64,000 nucleotides of DNA from Octopus vulgaris (GCA_951406725.2 OX597833.1:21204001-21268000), one strand, 5' to 3'. Positions 1 to 15,015 are shown, numbered from the stretch's first letter. Notes: a model not told the origin generated them from the letters alone. Translations and numbers: made by a program.

Positions 1-1334
1 TTTCCTCCTTATCGAGAAGTACAGAGACATATTTACTCCCCACATCTCCTGCAAAATAAACGAAAGAAAAAATGGAGTTAATAATTTACAGCAGACAACA
101 GTATTATGTTACATTTGAAACGATATTTCTTTCCGTTTATGTATGTATGCATGTATGTATCTATCGATCTATCTATCTTTCTATCTGAGCTCAGATAATG
201 ATTTTATTAATGAACGACAAATATTGCAACAATCCCGAAATGAAATGTAAAAGGGCAAATTGTAATTCCAATTTTCCACAACGTAACTGAATAAGACTGA
301 ACTGAAAACAAGCGCCCTGAGGTTCAAAAGAAGAAATCCATAAAATGAGTCAATATATAAAAATATTACCACGATTGGATGAATAGGCGTAAGCTACAGG
401 ATAAATGATGTGAGAGTAGGAAAATGTCACATGATAAAATCGTGTTACATGATTGGATGAATAAAAACAGACAATTGATAAACAATGTTTCGTGTCGAAA
501 CAACTGGGGCTGTCTGATAATCTATCTGTCTACCTATTACTATTCAGTGTTGGTCTACGTCTTAGACATTATGTAAAAACTACATCAGAATTAACTGTTA
601 GAACTACACAAAATGTTAGACACAACTGAGGACCGGACAAAGTATGTGACATCGTGTGACACTTGAAACAAATTCTGTATGGACCTACCTATCTAGTTAG
701 CTGGCTTGCTAGCTGACTGTGTTTTTTCATATACTGATGTCAATGGGGGAAATGGTTGTATGATTAATGTACTTGACTATCGGCTTATCTTGTGTGAGTT
801 CAAATCAGTTTCATCTCTTTCGTCTATGCTTACAAACAGAGTATTTTAATCTATATTATCTCAGTTTACCAAGCTCTTGGGAATAAATATTAGTTTCCAA
901 GGAAACTGATCACTGACAATTTTACCTACCAAGCATCAATCATGAGATTCTATCTCTCACAGGTGAAATACATAAACAAATATTTAATTTATAATATTAT
1001 TCTACTAACAGCTAGAAATGTAACGCATCAACTATGGAACGAAATAGAAGAAGCAATCCATAATACACACGATATTTATTCACAAGAGAATTGACTGGTA
1101 AATTATGGAACGACATCGTTGATATAATCCATTATAGACAAGACATTCATATTATTTGAATTATTTGTTAAACAATTGAGAAACTAAATATGATAGATGA
1201 CTAATATTACATCATTAAGATTCACAGTTCTGTATGGTGCTTTTGTATTTCGTCCACAGGGAGTATGGATTCAATTCTATCTATAAACTCTTTTCTCTGA
1301 TATGAAAATAAGGATGTAGTTTAGCGTATTAAAA

Positions 1335-1475
1335 TTTATCTTTTACTTGTTTCTGTCATTGAAATGCAGACATTTTTGGGGACAACTTTGAAGAGTTCAG
1401 CAGAACGAACCGACCCCATTACTTATATTCTTAAATCTGATATATTCTCTCGCTCTTTTTCACCGAACTGCTAGG
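1335..1475 (-). mobile_element. SINE family A, diverged 3' fragment
   Basis: Reverse complement of the family-A tail (ttttacttgtttc..tcattg..gaccccattacttat..ccgaactgcta). Confidence 0.7.
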
Positions 1476-1477
1476 AC

Positions 1478-1650
1478 TAGCAATTTTCTGGGGAAGGGTA
1501 AGTCGATTACATCGATCCCAGTGCTCAACTTATCTTATCGACCCCAAAAGTATGAAAAGCAAAGTCGGCCACTGTGGAATTTGAACTCAGAACGAAAAGA
1601 CGCTAAGCATTTTGTCCGGTGTGCTAAAGATTCTGCCAGCTCGCTGCGTT
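1478..1650 (-). mobile_element. SINE family B copy
   Basis: gtcgattacatcgatccccagtg..gaatttgaactcagaacg..ttctgccagctcgc is the reverse complement of the family-B head and body. Confidence 0.85.
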
Positions 1651-2189
1651 AGCTTGTAACTTAATAATATAAGGCCTTTTTGCTAGTTTCTACCGCAACG
1701 TCACATTGTGTCTCTTCTATCGTTTATCTTTTTCTTGTTTCAGTCATTGGACTTCCACAGCCTTAACGACAATGTAGTCTTATTCAAACTACACTACATT
1801 AAATGCCTAACCTATTCCTTTCTTAGTCTCCAGATTCTAGACCATAACTAGACCATGACTGATGTTATCTTAATTATTTCAAAAAGTACGGGAGACAACT
1901 ATGGATGTATTTCGACCATATTATCACTGCATCCAAGTAGGTATTGTTGTGGAACTAACAGGGTTGAGAAATCGGCGGATAGAATGAGTGGCGTTAATCA
2001 TTCCAGTATGCTGCGCTCTGAACTGATATCTTGCAGAGACCATCTTTACTTTTCGTTCTTTCAGGGCTGATAAATAAAGTACGACTCCAGTAAAAAAGTT
2101 GATTCTTCAGTCCTTTCCTTACCTCAATCAATCTCTGAAAGAAATTGATTGTGATCTGGCCTGGAGAGAGATAGGAAAAGGAAGCCCTC

Positions 2190-2452
2190 CTGAAACATAA
2201 TCGTCTCGAGTCCCCGAGACTTATAAGGTCGGTTATCCGGTTTCTTTGGGGTTTATATGACCGAGATCGTAACATTCGATCTCAACGGAAAGCCACTGTG
2301 TCGCAGGATTATTCATTTACAGCTGAGTGAACTTGAGCAAAGTGAATTTTAGCGCTTTATTCAAGATCATAGCGTACTGCCCGATCCGGGAATCGAGGTC
2401 ACAATCTGCTGATCGTATGTGCAACAGCCTAACTACTAAACCACGCAACCTC
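2190..2452 (-). mobile_element. SINE family D, diverged copy (tRNA-Arg-like head)
   Basis: Minus strand reads gcgtggtttagtagttagg..tcgattcccgg..cactcagctgtaaatgaataa..gaaaccgg, collinear with the copy at 32536. Confidence 0.7.
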
Positions 2453-2820
2453 AGATGGGCTTCGCCAAATTTATACACACAACGAGCTTCATGTCACGAT
2501 GTTGCACCTAACAACGCCATCAAAAGTAGAAGGCTCAAGGCAAAGCCCAATGTAATGCCGATACCAGAATTCGAAGAACAAATGTTACTTGGCCAGGAAG
2601 TTGTGAGACGAAAGTAGTGACTACAAGATACTGAACCTGGCATCGTACGTTTTCTTTCAACTCAACAAGCTTAATTTTAATAACACTGATTTAGGATGAA
2701 CACCCTCGATAATACTTCTACGCTGCCACTGAGCTCACTTTAGCCACCCCAGCTAAGTACATCGTCAGGAGACAAAAAAAAGAAATTATTACATATTTGC
2801 ATGTCTAAATATGCAAAACC

Positions 2821-3222
2821 GTCGCAGGAGTGGCTGTGTGGTAAGTAGCTTGCTTACCAACCACATGGTTCCGGGTTCAATCCCACTGCGTGGTACCTTG
2901 GGCTAGTGTCTTCTACTATAGCCTCAGGCCGACCAAAGCCTTGTGAGTGGATTTGGTAGACGGAAACTGAAAGAAGCCTCTGTGTGTGTATATGTTTGTG
3001 TGTCTGTGCTTGTCCCCCCAACATCGCTTGACAACCGATGCTGGTGTGTTTACGTCCTCGTAACTTAGCGGTTCAGCAAAAGAGCCGATGGAATAAGTAC
3101 TAGGCTTACAAAGAATAAGTCCCGGGGTCGATTAAAAGGCGGTGCTCCAGCATGACCGACTAAAAGGCGGTGCTCCAGCATGACCGCAGTCAAATGACTG
3201 AAACAAGTAAAAGAGTAAAGAG
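2821..3222 (+). mobile_element. SINE family A, full length (tRNA-derived head, central microsatellite, taaaagag tail)
   Basis: A-box-like tggctgtgtgg and B-box-like ggttcaatccc. CORE-like accttgggc..gtgtcttct. Tail aagtaaaagagtaaagag. Internal duplication with a 28-bp period at 3133-3186. More than 25 related copies in the window. The head resembles tRNA-Gly (inference). Confidence 0.93.
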
Positions 3223-3339
3223 TTGAGTAGAAGCACAGGGTAATTAGACCCATCGTGGCGTAGGTCTGTCAGATCAGTTCCACACCGCTATGGGGATACA
3301 CAAAAGCAGCATCAATAACGACAACAACAACAATAATAA

Positions 3340-3560
3340 TGGTTTCCAATGTAGGCACAGGCTCAACATTTGGAGGAGGGGATAAAGTCGATTATATTGA
3401 TTCCAGTGCTTAAATGATACTATATTTTGTCGACCCAGGAAGGGTGAAATGCAAAGTTAAGCTTGGTTGGATTTGAATTCAGAAACAAAAAACGTTGGAG
3501 GAAATATCGGTTTAAAATTTTGGCACAAGGCCAGAAATTTCGGCGAATGGAGTAAGTCGA
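3340..3560 (-). mobile_element. SINE family B fragments
   Basis: Family-B body (gtcgacccaggaagggtgaaa..gatttgaattcagaa) and tail (aaattttggcacaaggccag). Confidence 0.7.
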
Positions 3561-3590
3561 TAATTTTAACAAGGGGGCAATAAAGATTCT

Positions 3591-3994
3591 TATTCTTTAT
3601 TGTCCACATAGAGGGAACAAACAAGGACAGACAAAGGGATTAAGTCGATTAAGTCGACCCCAGTGTGTAACTTGTACTTAATTTATCGACCCCGAAAGGA
3701 TGAAAGGCAAAGTCGACCTCGGCGGAATTTGAACTCAGAACGTAACGGCAGACGAAATACCTATTTCTTTACTACACACAAGGGGCTGAACACAGAGAGG
3801 ACAAACAAGGACAGACAAACGGATTAAGTTGATTATATCGACTCCAGTGCGTAACTGGTACTTGTTTAATCGACCCTGAAAGGATGAAAGGCAAAGTCGA
3901 CTTCGGCGGAACTTGAACTCAGAACGTAACGGCAGACGAAGTACCGCTAAGCATATCGCCCAGCGTGCTAACGATTCTGCCAGCTTGCCGCCTT
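3591..3994 (-). mobile_element. SINE family B, dimeric form
   Basis: Two tandem body+tail units joined at gaaatacc|tatttctttactac. Same structure at 31662-32070. Confidence 0.92.
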
Positions 3995-4479
3995 AAGGTG
4001 AAGTCATAATCCTTTCTACTACAAGTACAAGGCCTGAAATATTATGGGGAGGGGATTTGGAAGACGAGACAGAAAGGATTAAAGTCAGGCACTTTCATCT
4101 CCGGCCGTAACTTGGTGAATTATTTCACCTTTTACCTTAAAAGGAAGATAGGGCTGGAAAGAAAATGCCTGACTGTGAAAATGTTTGAAAATTGATGGAA
4201 GAATGTAGCACGGATGTTGCGATGAATGTAACCTCATGAATGCGACGCAGGACGTATCTCAGGTATCAGTGGCGAGGCGGGGCTCATGGGGTCCGAATTG
4301 AACCCGCCTTCCCACTCCATTCGTAATGTCTTCCGGTCTGTCCTATCATTCGATTTATTTATATTTTTGTGAATTTTTAATGTCATCTTTATGTTATATC
4401 CATCCGTCCATCTGACCCCAATCAGATTGTATTGTCCCTTATCTATGTTGTCCACTTGTGGAAAATAAAAGAAAAATCA

Positions 4480-4630
4480 CCAGTACTCGTTCGGCACTTA
4501 TTTTATCGACCTCAAAAGGATAAATGGCGAAGTCGACCTCGCCGGAATTTGAACTCAGAATGTAAAGATGAACGAAATGTTGCCAAGCATTTAATCCTGT
4601 AGGCTAACGATTTTGCCAGCTCACCGCCTC
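4480..4630 (-). mobile_element. SINE family B copy
   Basis: tttatcgacctcaaaagga..gtcgacctcgccggaatttgaactcagaa..gccagctcaccgcct. Confidence 0.85.
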
Positions 4631-5454
4631 AAAATGGAGTCATAATAAGACCGATACATGTCCAGAGTTATTTCCCATCTTTGTCGAGAAAATTAAAATA
4701 AAATTAGTCATTTCCTAATATTGATTTCTTCCCCTTACAGCATAATTATTTCCAGTTAACTTTTTAATACCCACAACATGAAATATTTCGACGATAATTC
4801 ATCCGCAATTTCTCGATAATTTAACTGTAATTTAACTTATTGCTGCCTGAAATAGCAAATTTATTCTGTAAATTTATCTGTGACTCACCATTTTGTTTTT
4901 TTACCAGATCCTTACAGCCGTTCGAGAATATTCTCTATATATTACACCAAATCTTTGGCATAATAATATAGCGACAATAAAAATAATTTATCGCCATGTC
5001 TTAATAGATCTATTAAGTTTCATTTATAAAGCATTTAATGTGTGTGTACACCTGCCTGTCCTTCCTCTCTCCTCACTTCACGTTCCCTCCTACTACATTC
5101 AATGTTTTACAACATTCTTATCGATTCCTGAAGGTTATGTCTTTATCGTTCAACATATTGGCAATTATCGTGATTGATACGTTCCAGGTAAACATGATGT
5201 TACCTCCATGCGTTACATTTCACACAAACGCACGCATGCACGTACGCACTCACACACAACATTTGCTCTTCCTCCCTGTTGACTGCATTACGTATGCATG
5301 AGTGGGGGGAGTTGGCGGGCAAGTTATGTACATTATGTAAATTCCTTAAGCATATCATGTCCATACATATGTGCGTACATTAGACATGTATACATATTTT
5401 TTCTACTGCTCTGCGCTAAACAGTAACAACACAACAACAATAACAACAGCATCG

Positions 5455-5572
5455 GTGGAGGCGCAATGGCCCAGTGGTTAGGGCAGCGGACTCGCGGTCG
5501 TAAGAACGCAGTTTCGATTCCCAGACCGGGAATTGTGAGTGTTTATTGAGCAAAAACACCCAAGTTCCACGA
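5455..5572 (+). mobile_element. SINE family C, 5' part (tRNA-Arg-like head)
   Basis: gtggaggcgcaatggcccagtggttagggcagcggactcgcgg..tttcgattcccagacc. A box TGGCCCAGTGG. Matches 28941 and 32791. Confidence 0.88.
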
Positions 5573-6151
5573 TGCTCAAGGTGCCACGCAGTGTGACTGA
5601 ACCCGGAACCATGTGGTTCGTAAGCAAGCTACTTACCACACAGTCACGAATATTTTTCATCCTAATTCAAGTAGGATTGGAAAAGATTTTTTTTTTAATT
5701 AAGAAAAATCAATGAATTTATCTGATAAGCCAACATTTGTAAATTATGCTCTGCATTATACTAATAGTAAAAATCATCTTATGAAGATAATATGATTTCG
5801 CCTGACAGATCTATAAAAATTCATATTCCCCACATCTACGATATTATAGATCTTTATTACATAAGAGACATGTTATGCCATCAATCGTAATTCATCCGAA
5901 ACAGCTGTAAAGATAAGACTATTATGTCATATATTTGTTGTTTTCATGTAAATACACTCGTTATGCTTACTTTGTGTTTTTCTGCCTACTTTTGTGTGTG
6001 CATATATATATGCTTTCCGACCACAAGGTTTCGGGTTCAGTCACACTGCGAGGCACCTTGGGCAAGTGTTTTCTACTATAGCTTAGGGCCGATCAAAACC
6101 TTGTGAGTAGATTTATAGGCATATATGTCTACATGTCTGATGTACGCACAT

Positions 6152-7120
<969 letters not shown>

Positions 7121-7453
7121 TCCACTGCGTGGCACCTTGGACAAGTGGGCCGACCAAACACTTGTGAGTGGATTTGGTTGACGGAAACTGAAAGGGGCCC
7201 GTCGCATATATGTATATATATATATATATGTACGTGTGTCTGTGTTTGCCCTCCCACCCCTCAACATTGCTTGACAGCCGATGCTGGTGTGTTTACGTTC
7301 CCGTAACTTACCTGTTCGGCAAAAGAGACCGATAGAATAAGTACTAGGCTTACAAAGAATAAGTCCTGGGGTCGATTTGCTCGACTAAAGGCGGTGCTCC
7401 AGTATGGCCACAGCCAAATGACTGAAACAAGTAAAATAGAATATATATATATA

Positions 7454-7871
7454 TACTCTTTTTTACTCTTTTACTCTTTTACATGTTTCAGTCATTTGAC
7501 TGCGGCCATGCTGGAGCACCGCCTTTAGTCGAGCAAATCGACCCCGGGACTTATTCTTTGTAAGCCCAGTACTTACTCTATCGGTCTGTTTTGCCGAACC
7601 GCTAAGTGTCGGGGACGTAAACACACCAGCATCGCTTGTCAAGCAATGCTAGGGGTACAAACACAGACACACAAACACACACATACATACATATACATAT
7701 ATATACATATATACGACAGGCTTCTTTCAGTTTCCGTCTACCAAATCCACTCACAAGGCATTGGTCGGCCCGGGGCTATAGTAGAAGACACTTGCCCAAG
7801 ATGCCACGCAGTGAGACTGAACCCGGAACCATGTGGTTGGTTAGCAAGCTACTTACCACACAGCCACTCCT
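7454..7871 (-). mobile_element. SINE family A, full length
   Basis: Reverse complement of the family-A consensus, tail-to-tail with 7061-7440. Confidence 0.93.
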
Positions 7872-8344
7872 ATATATATATATGTGTGTGTGTATATAAA
7901 GGGAGAAGCCTAGTAGAATACACCCACTCACAAAAAAGAAATGTATGCAAGAGTATGCACATATCGACACAAATATGTCTAAATAATATTCGCACGTGTG
8001 TATGTGTGTAGTGTACTTTATGTATACACACTCTCATACAAACACGCACATATACACCGAAACAAGCCTGCGTGTATGTAAGTGTAGGTCACACGGTTTC
8101 CAGCCTCGCTATAATCGCTCGATGATATAATTTCCTATGCTTGCGTAGAACCTTCCAAGTCAATGAAACAAAACAAAACCGAACACAGCATAATTACCAA
8201 TAATGCCGACCCTGCAGTGTTTCCAATGTTGGCACATTGTTAGCAAATATTCGTTTCTATTTACTTTACGATGCTTTCATTATATATGTAATTCACTTCC
8301 TCTGTCTGTCTGTCTGTCTGTCTCTGTCTCTCTCTCTCTCTCAC

Positions 8345-8386
<42 letters not shown>

Positions 8387-8689
8387 GAGATATCTATATA
8401 AACATGTGTGTGTGTGTGTATACATAGAGATATCTATCTATCTAGCTATATATATATATGTACATATATATCTTTCTCGTGTATCGACTATACCGTATCT
8501 GTATAAGGAAAATGTCTCAGGAGCTTTTCATTGCTTATTGAAAATATACTGGTAGTATTTTGTACACAAGCATGTATATACATATATAAATGTGTGTGTG
8601 CGTGTATACATTTTAGTAATGACTTCTATGTCTGCTGGATAATGATGTAGACTATTTGACGTAGGTTACATAGATTACATCATTATACA

Positions 8690-8712
8690 CACACACATAT
8701 ATATGCATATAT

Positions 8713-8758
<46 letters not shown>

Positions 8759-8767
8759 TATATATAC

Positions 8768-8863
<96 letters not shown>

Positions 8864-8943
8864 CATATATATATACATATATACACATACATATATATAC
8901 GTATATATATCTTTGTATATATAAATAAATATGTATATATATA

Positions 8944-9012
<69 letters not shown>
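8690..9012. repeat. (TA)n-rich compound microsatellite
   Basis: Long interrupted TA tracts. Confidence 0.95.
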
Positions 9013-9014
<2 letters not shown>

Positions 9015-9240
9015 TTTATTTTTTACTTGTTTCAGTCATTGGACTGCAGCCTTTTGCTAGGGCACAGCCTTGAAAGCTTTTAGTCGAACGAATCGTCACC
9101 ACTGCTTATTCTTATAAACCTGGTACTTATTCTCTCGTCACATTTTGCCGAATCGCTAAGTTACGGAGACGTAAACAAACCAAGACCAGTTATCAAGCAG
9201 TGGTGGTGGGGGATAGACACAAACACGCACACACAAACAA
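9013..9240 (-). mobile_element. SINE family A, older 3' half
   Basis: ttttacttgtttcagtcattggactgc..ttttgccgaatcgctaagttacgg. Confidence 0.85.
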
Positions 9241-9351
9241 GCACACACATTTATATACACACACACACACACATATATATATATACATGTATATATGTAT
9301 ACATATATATACATACATATATATGCATATATATATATATACATATATATG

Positions 9352-9398
<47 letters not shown>

Positions 9399-10462
9399 TA
9401 ATTCACATACTCTGAAACGTATTTGTTAAAATTTTCACTTAAAAATACCTATTATTACGGAAGTTATGAGGAAACAAATCCGAACCGTGTGAATTTTCTG
9501 AAACTGCTCCCCCTACTCCCCCAAAACATTTTATTTTACAACTAATTCAGATATGATCGAAATCTACTCCATGTGAAGCGTATTTCTAGAACATTTCATT
9601 AACAAATATCTATTTTTCTGCAAGTTATGAGGACACAAAGTCGGTGAAGCACATGTGGGTATGCATACCTATTGCTTTAACATAACTAATACTAAGATTA
9701 CGTAGCTATTACATACCTACATATCGCCTTGCATCGCTTCACATTCATCTTGTATGAAGTAATATTTAATTATATAACTGCATGTTATATATAAACAAAC
9801 AATAGACTTCTTTTGTTTGACTTGCATCAAAAGGGTGACAATAATGCGAATGAAATGGGCTCAGTTTTTCACTACACATAAATGTAAATAGAATAACGGT
9901 ATTTACGATTATATTGTTTAATAACGAATACTAACAGTATTCAAAATGCATCATAGAGTGTATGCGCGTGTGTGTGCGTGTGTGCACGCGTAAATATATT
10001 AAAATTTATTGGCAGTTGTTAGGAGGTAATGTTTCATTGTTTTATAAAAGCCCGTTCTTTTAACATAATTGCATTTCATCTTATTGTTCTACTTTACGTT
10101 TTCTGTTATTGATATTAGAGCTTCATTCTTCTTACATGCATGCCATATGTATACTTACGTAAGTGTACTATAGGAATATATGATATGATGACATTAGCCT
10201 AATGCATAACATGCTATCTTAGAGATACCATGTTCGCGCTCTTCGCATTCGTATATATTTATATATATATATATATATGTGTGTGTCTGTGTGTGTGAGA
10301 GAGAGAGAGAGAAAGAGAGATTTCTTTCGGTTTCCTTAATACAAGGCTATAAATTAGACGTTTACCCAAGATGATGCACAGTGGAACTGAACTTGAAACG
10401 ACATGGTTACAAAGCGAGTTCCTTAAACAAGCAGTCATGTCTGCGCTTGTATATGCATGTAT

Positions 10463-10696
10463 ATATTTCTTTACTACCCACAAAGGGCTAAACACAGAGG
10501 GGACAAACAAGGACAGACAAAGGGATTAAGTTGATTACATCTACCCCAGTGCGTAACTGGTACTTAATTTATCGACCCCGAAAGGATAAAAGGCAAAGTC
10601 GACCTCGGCGGAATTTGAACTTCGAACGTAACGACAGACGAAATACGGCAACGCATTTCGCCCGGCGTGCTAACGTTTCTGCCAGCTCGCCGCCTT
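10463..10696 (-). mobile_element. SINE family B, full monomer with target-site duplication
   Basis: Flanked by the direct repeat ttgtatatgcatgtata at 10447 and 10697. Confidence 0.95.
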
Positions 10697-11050
10697 TTGT
10701 ATATGCATGTATATATTTTTGTGCGTGTTGTGTTAGTGTATGTGTGTGGAGAGAGAGTGGAAGAGAGAGAGAGAGGGAGAGAGTGAAGGAGAGATGGGGT
10801 CGGCATTGCGTGTTTGTACGTATGTACATGCATAAGCCTCAAACACTAAAACCGTAATATATTGATTCGGTAATTCCATTGATCGACCATCTGGAACAAT
10901 CGTCGTCGTTGCGGACGGGAAACCAATAATGGGTTCACAAAACGAATGACCATATATATGTATACATGCGTGTATATATATATATATATACACACACATG
11001 CATATATATATACATATACATACATATATACATATATACATATATATATA

Positions 11051-11289
11051 CAAGCGATGTTGAGGGACAAATACAGACACACAAACACATGCACACACAC
11101 ACACACACACATATACACATATATACGACGGGCTTCTTTAAGTTTCCGTCTACCAAATCCACTCACAAGGCTTTGGTCGGCTCGAAGCTATAGTAGAAGA
11201 CACTTGCCCAAGGTGCCACGCAGTAGGACTGAACCCGGAACCATGTGGTTGGTAAGCAAGCTACATACCATACAGCCACTCCTACGCCT
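11051..11289 (-). mobile_element. SINE family A, 5' two-thirds
   Basis: caagcgatgttgagggacaa..ccgtctaccaaatccactcacaagg..cagccactcctacgcct. Confidence 0.9.
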
Positions 11290-11920
11290 AGTATATGTGC
11301 ATATATACATGTATATATGTATATACATATATAAGTATATACACATGTATATATAACATATATACATATGCATATATATGCACATACATATATACACATG
11401 TTCGTGTCTATCTCTGTGTGTGTACATATATGCACATACATATACCCAAACTCACACATTTACATACACATACACATTCATTCATACATCCGTGCATATA
11501 TACACGTGTGTGCGCGCTTGTGTGTGTGTATTTGACCTTACGTGTAGACTTTCGTATCTTGTGCAGCTCTGTATGTCTTGTGCTTAACTTCATAACAATA
11601 ATAATAATTTCTGGTAAGAGGATTAGGATGGATTATTTATGGGGATTAAAATAATTTGACCAATTGTTCTGGCCAATGCAATAATCACGGCTAAGGATTA
11701 TCTATAGTCACAAACACATGGATTTCACTGTTGGCGCAAACATTGCACTGTTTCACAAACGAAATAGTTTATACAGCTATAAACACATATAAGTTATACT
11801 ACATACGTGTATACACACAGCCGTATACACACATTCATACGTAGAAGGGCATTGAGTGTGTGCTTGTATTTGTATATATGCATGTATGTAGGTATGTATG
11901 TATGTATCTATCGATCTAGC

Positions 11921-11924
<4 letters not shown>

Positions 11925-12014
<90 letters not shown>

Positions 12015-12173
12015 AGTACATTCATACATGCGCAAAGGCATTCTAACGCATTAACACATACAGGTGCGGTGTGTTGAGTGTATCAAATTTGAGTGTACAT
12101 GTGTATATATTTTTACATGTATATATATATGTATACGTGTATGTATGGATGTATGTACATGTGTGTATATGTA

Positions 12174-12220
<47 letters not shown>

Positions 12221-12325
12221 AAATACATACACGCATAGACTATACACTCATACATAGATGCATATATATGTATATATAACCCTTCCCTTTGTTTTCCTGT
12301 ATACAATAAAGAGGAAGCGAGTGAC

Positions 12326-12374
<49 letters not shown>

Positions 12375-12687
12375 TACAGACAGACAGGCAGGCAGGCAAG
12401 CAGGCAGACAGAGACAGAGACAGACAGACAGACAGACAGAGACAAAGACAGACAGACTGACAGACAGATACAGAGACAGACAGAGACAAAGACAGACAGA
12501 CAGACAGACAGATACAGAGACAGACAGACAGAGACAGAAACAGAGAAAGAGACAGAGTGAGAGAGAGAGAGGAGACGAGAGGCTGAGACAAAGACAGACT
12601 GAAAGTGTGTGTGTGTGTATGTGTGTGCGCGCGCGAGAGAGAGAGAGAGAGAGAGTGAGAGAGAGAGAGAGAGGGAGAGAGAGAGAG
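11925..12687. repeat. (GT)n, (GACA)n and (GA)n microsatellite cluster
   Basis: Seen directly in the sequence. Confidence 0.95.
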
Positions 12688-13027
12688 TTGCCTTCATATT
12701 TGAGCTGGACTGGCTGAGGTCAGCGGAATGGAATTAGCGGCTGGGGGGCAAGAGAGAAAATCGTCCATCACTGTTTTAATCAGACATACGCCACCAAGGT
12801 TAATTAAACAGCGTTTGAAGTACTGGAGGCTATTTTACCGACAACAGCCCGACCATGACCGACAAATTGTGTGGCCTTGTGCCAATGTACAAAAACTATG
12901 TTTTGATTAAGTAACTAAGCAGATTCCGATAAAAACTGACGGTGGTCTGCTCGGCAGAAGTTTTACGGAGAAAATTCACTGGTTTGTTTGGGTGTCGGAG
13001 AGAGAATAGGAACCTGACGTTTTGCTG

Positions 13028-13438
13028 CTCTCTTTACTCTTTTACTCTTTTACTTGTTTCAGTCATTTGACTGCGGCCATGCTGGAGCACCACCTTTTGT
13101 CGATCAAATCGACCCCGGGACTTATTCTTTGTAAGCCCAGTACTTATTCTATCGGTCTCTTTTGCCGAACCGCTAAGTGACGGGGACGTAAACACACCAG
13201 CATCGGTTGTCAAGCAATGCTAGGGGGACAAACACAGACACACAACCCCCCCCCCACACACACACATATATATATACATATATACGACGGGCTTCTTTCA
13301 GTTTCCGTCTACCAAATCCACTCAAAAGGTATTGGTCGGCCCGGGGCTATAGCAGAAGACACTTGCCCAAGATGCCACGCAGTGTGACTGAACCCGGAAC
13401 CATGTGGTTGGTTAGCAAGCTACTTACCACACAGCCAC
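13028..13438 (-). mobile_element. SINE family A, full length
   Basis: Reverse complement of the family-A consensus. Confidence 0.93.
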
Positions 13439-13676
13439 GAGAAGTATTCTTTTTTTTCTTCTCTGTGTTCATGTTTTCCTCTCACGACGCACGAATTTTC
13501 CAAACTCACGAACTTCATGATGACTTTTCGTTTTCTTTTTACTTTGCCGAATGAAAGGGGAAAAAAAATATACGATTCTAATGCATAACAAAAGGATAAA
13601 TTCTCCTTTGAAACTTCGAAAGTACCAAGTTTAACGCCTACACGTCTATATAAACGTGTGTGGGGTGGTGGTTATA

Positions 13677-13906
13677 TTCTTTACTCTCTCTTTTACTGGT
13701 TTCAGTCATTTGACTGTGGCCATGCTGGAGCACCGCCTTTAGTCGAGCAAATCGACCCCCAGGCCGTATTCTTTGGAAGCCTAGTACTTATTCTATCGGT
13801 CTCTTTCGCCGAACCGCTAAGTTAAAGGGACGTAAAAACACCAGCATCGGTTGTCAAGCGATGTTGCGGGGACAAACACAGACACAAACACACACACACG
13901 TATATA

Positions 13907-13976
<70 letters not shown>

Positions 13977-14288
13977 GGTATGTAGAAAAATACAACATGG
14001 ACAAGAACGTATAACTCCTAGAAGACGACACAATAAACACGGACAGGACATTCGAAACCCTCAGTCTTCAGTCAAGAACCGGATCATCGTAGCAATTTCG
14101 GCTGATTAATCTTGATATACATATATACGACGGGCTTCTTTCAGTTTCCGTCTACAAAATCCACTCACAAGGCTTTGGTCAGCCGAGGCTATAGTAGAAA
14201 ACACTTACCCAAGGTGCCACGCAGTGGGACTGAACCCGGAACCATGTGGTTGGTAAGCAAGCTACTTACCACACAGCCACTTCTACGC
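13677..14288 (-). mobile_element. SINE family A with a ~140-bp foreign insert (13975-14113) in its (TA)n core
   Basis: Both halves are collinear with the consensus; the insert is unrelated to the SINE. Confidence 0.9.
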
Positions 14289-14801
14289 ATGTTATGTTAT
14301 GTTTTTATTTTATTTTTTTTTTATTATTTGAAGTCTTTCTATAAAGAAATTTTCTATATATATATAAGTACAAAGTGAGATAGGGGTTATGAGTGTAACC
14401 CACTATGGGATATCATTTATCCAATATACTACCAGTAAAGTACCCAGAAGGCTAATACATAAATGCTTAGAATTGCAATCTTGAGATAGATATATATAAG
14501 TAACTCATTTTTAACTGCATATTACCTCAATACATCTGACTAATATGGGCATAATGTGATACTCTTATCTACAGGCTGACACAGCTGTAAGATCCATTTT
14601 ATATGTATTATTCTTATGGTATTATCTTACTTATTGATGTATATTGTTTTATTCTGTCTTATTCTAGTGGATTTGGATGTTCCAATTTAATCTAAATAAT
14701 TAGTTAAAAAATTATATGAATTGGTATTATCTGGAAGTTGATAATTGAAAGAAATCTATTCCTCCATTTTCTTATTTTGTATATATATACACACACACAA
14801 T

Positions 14802-14874
<73 letters not shown>

Positions 14875-15015
14875 TGCCTATGAATGTGTATGTATGTGTG
14901 TAATAATCGTATACACGTAGATGTATTCATATAAAAGTCAGTTTAATAAATATCGCCGTTCAGGTACATGATAGCGATGATGACGATGATGATGATGATG
15001 ATGCTGATGATGAAA

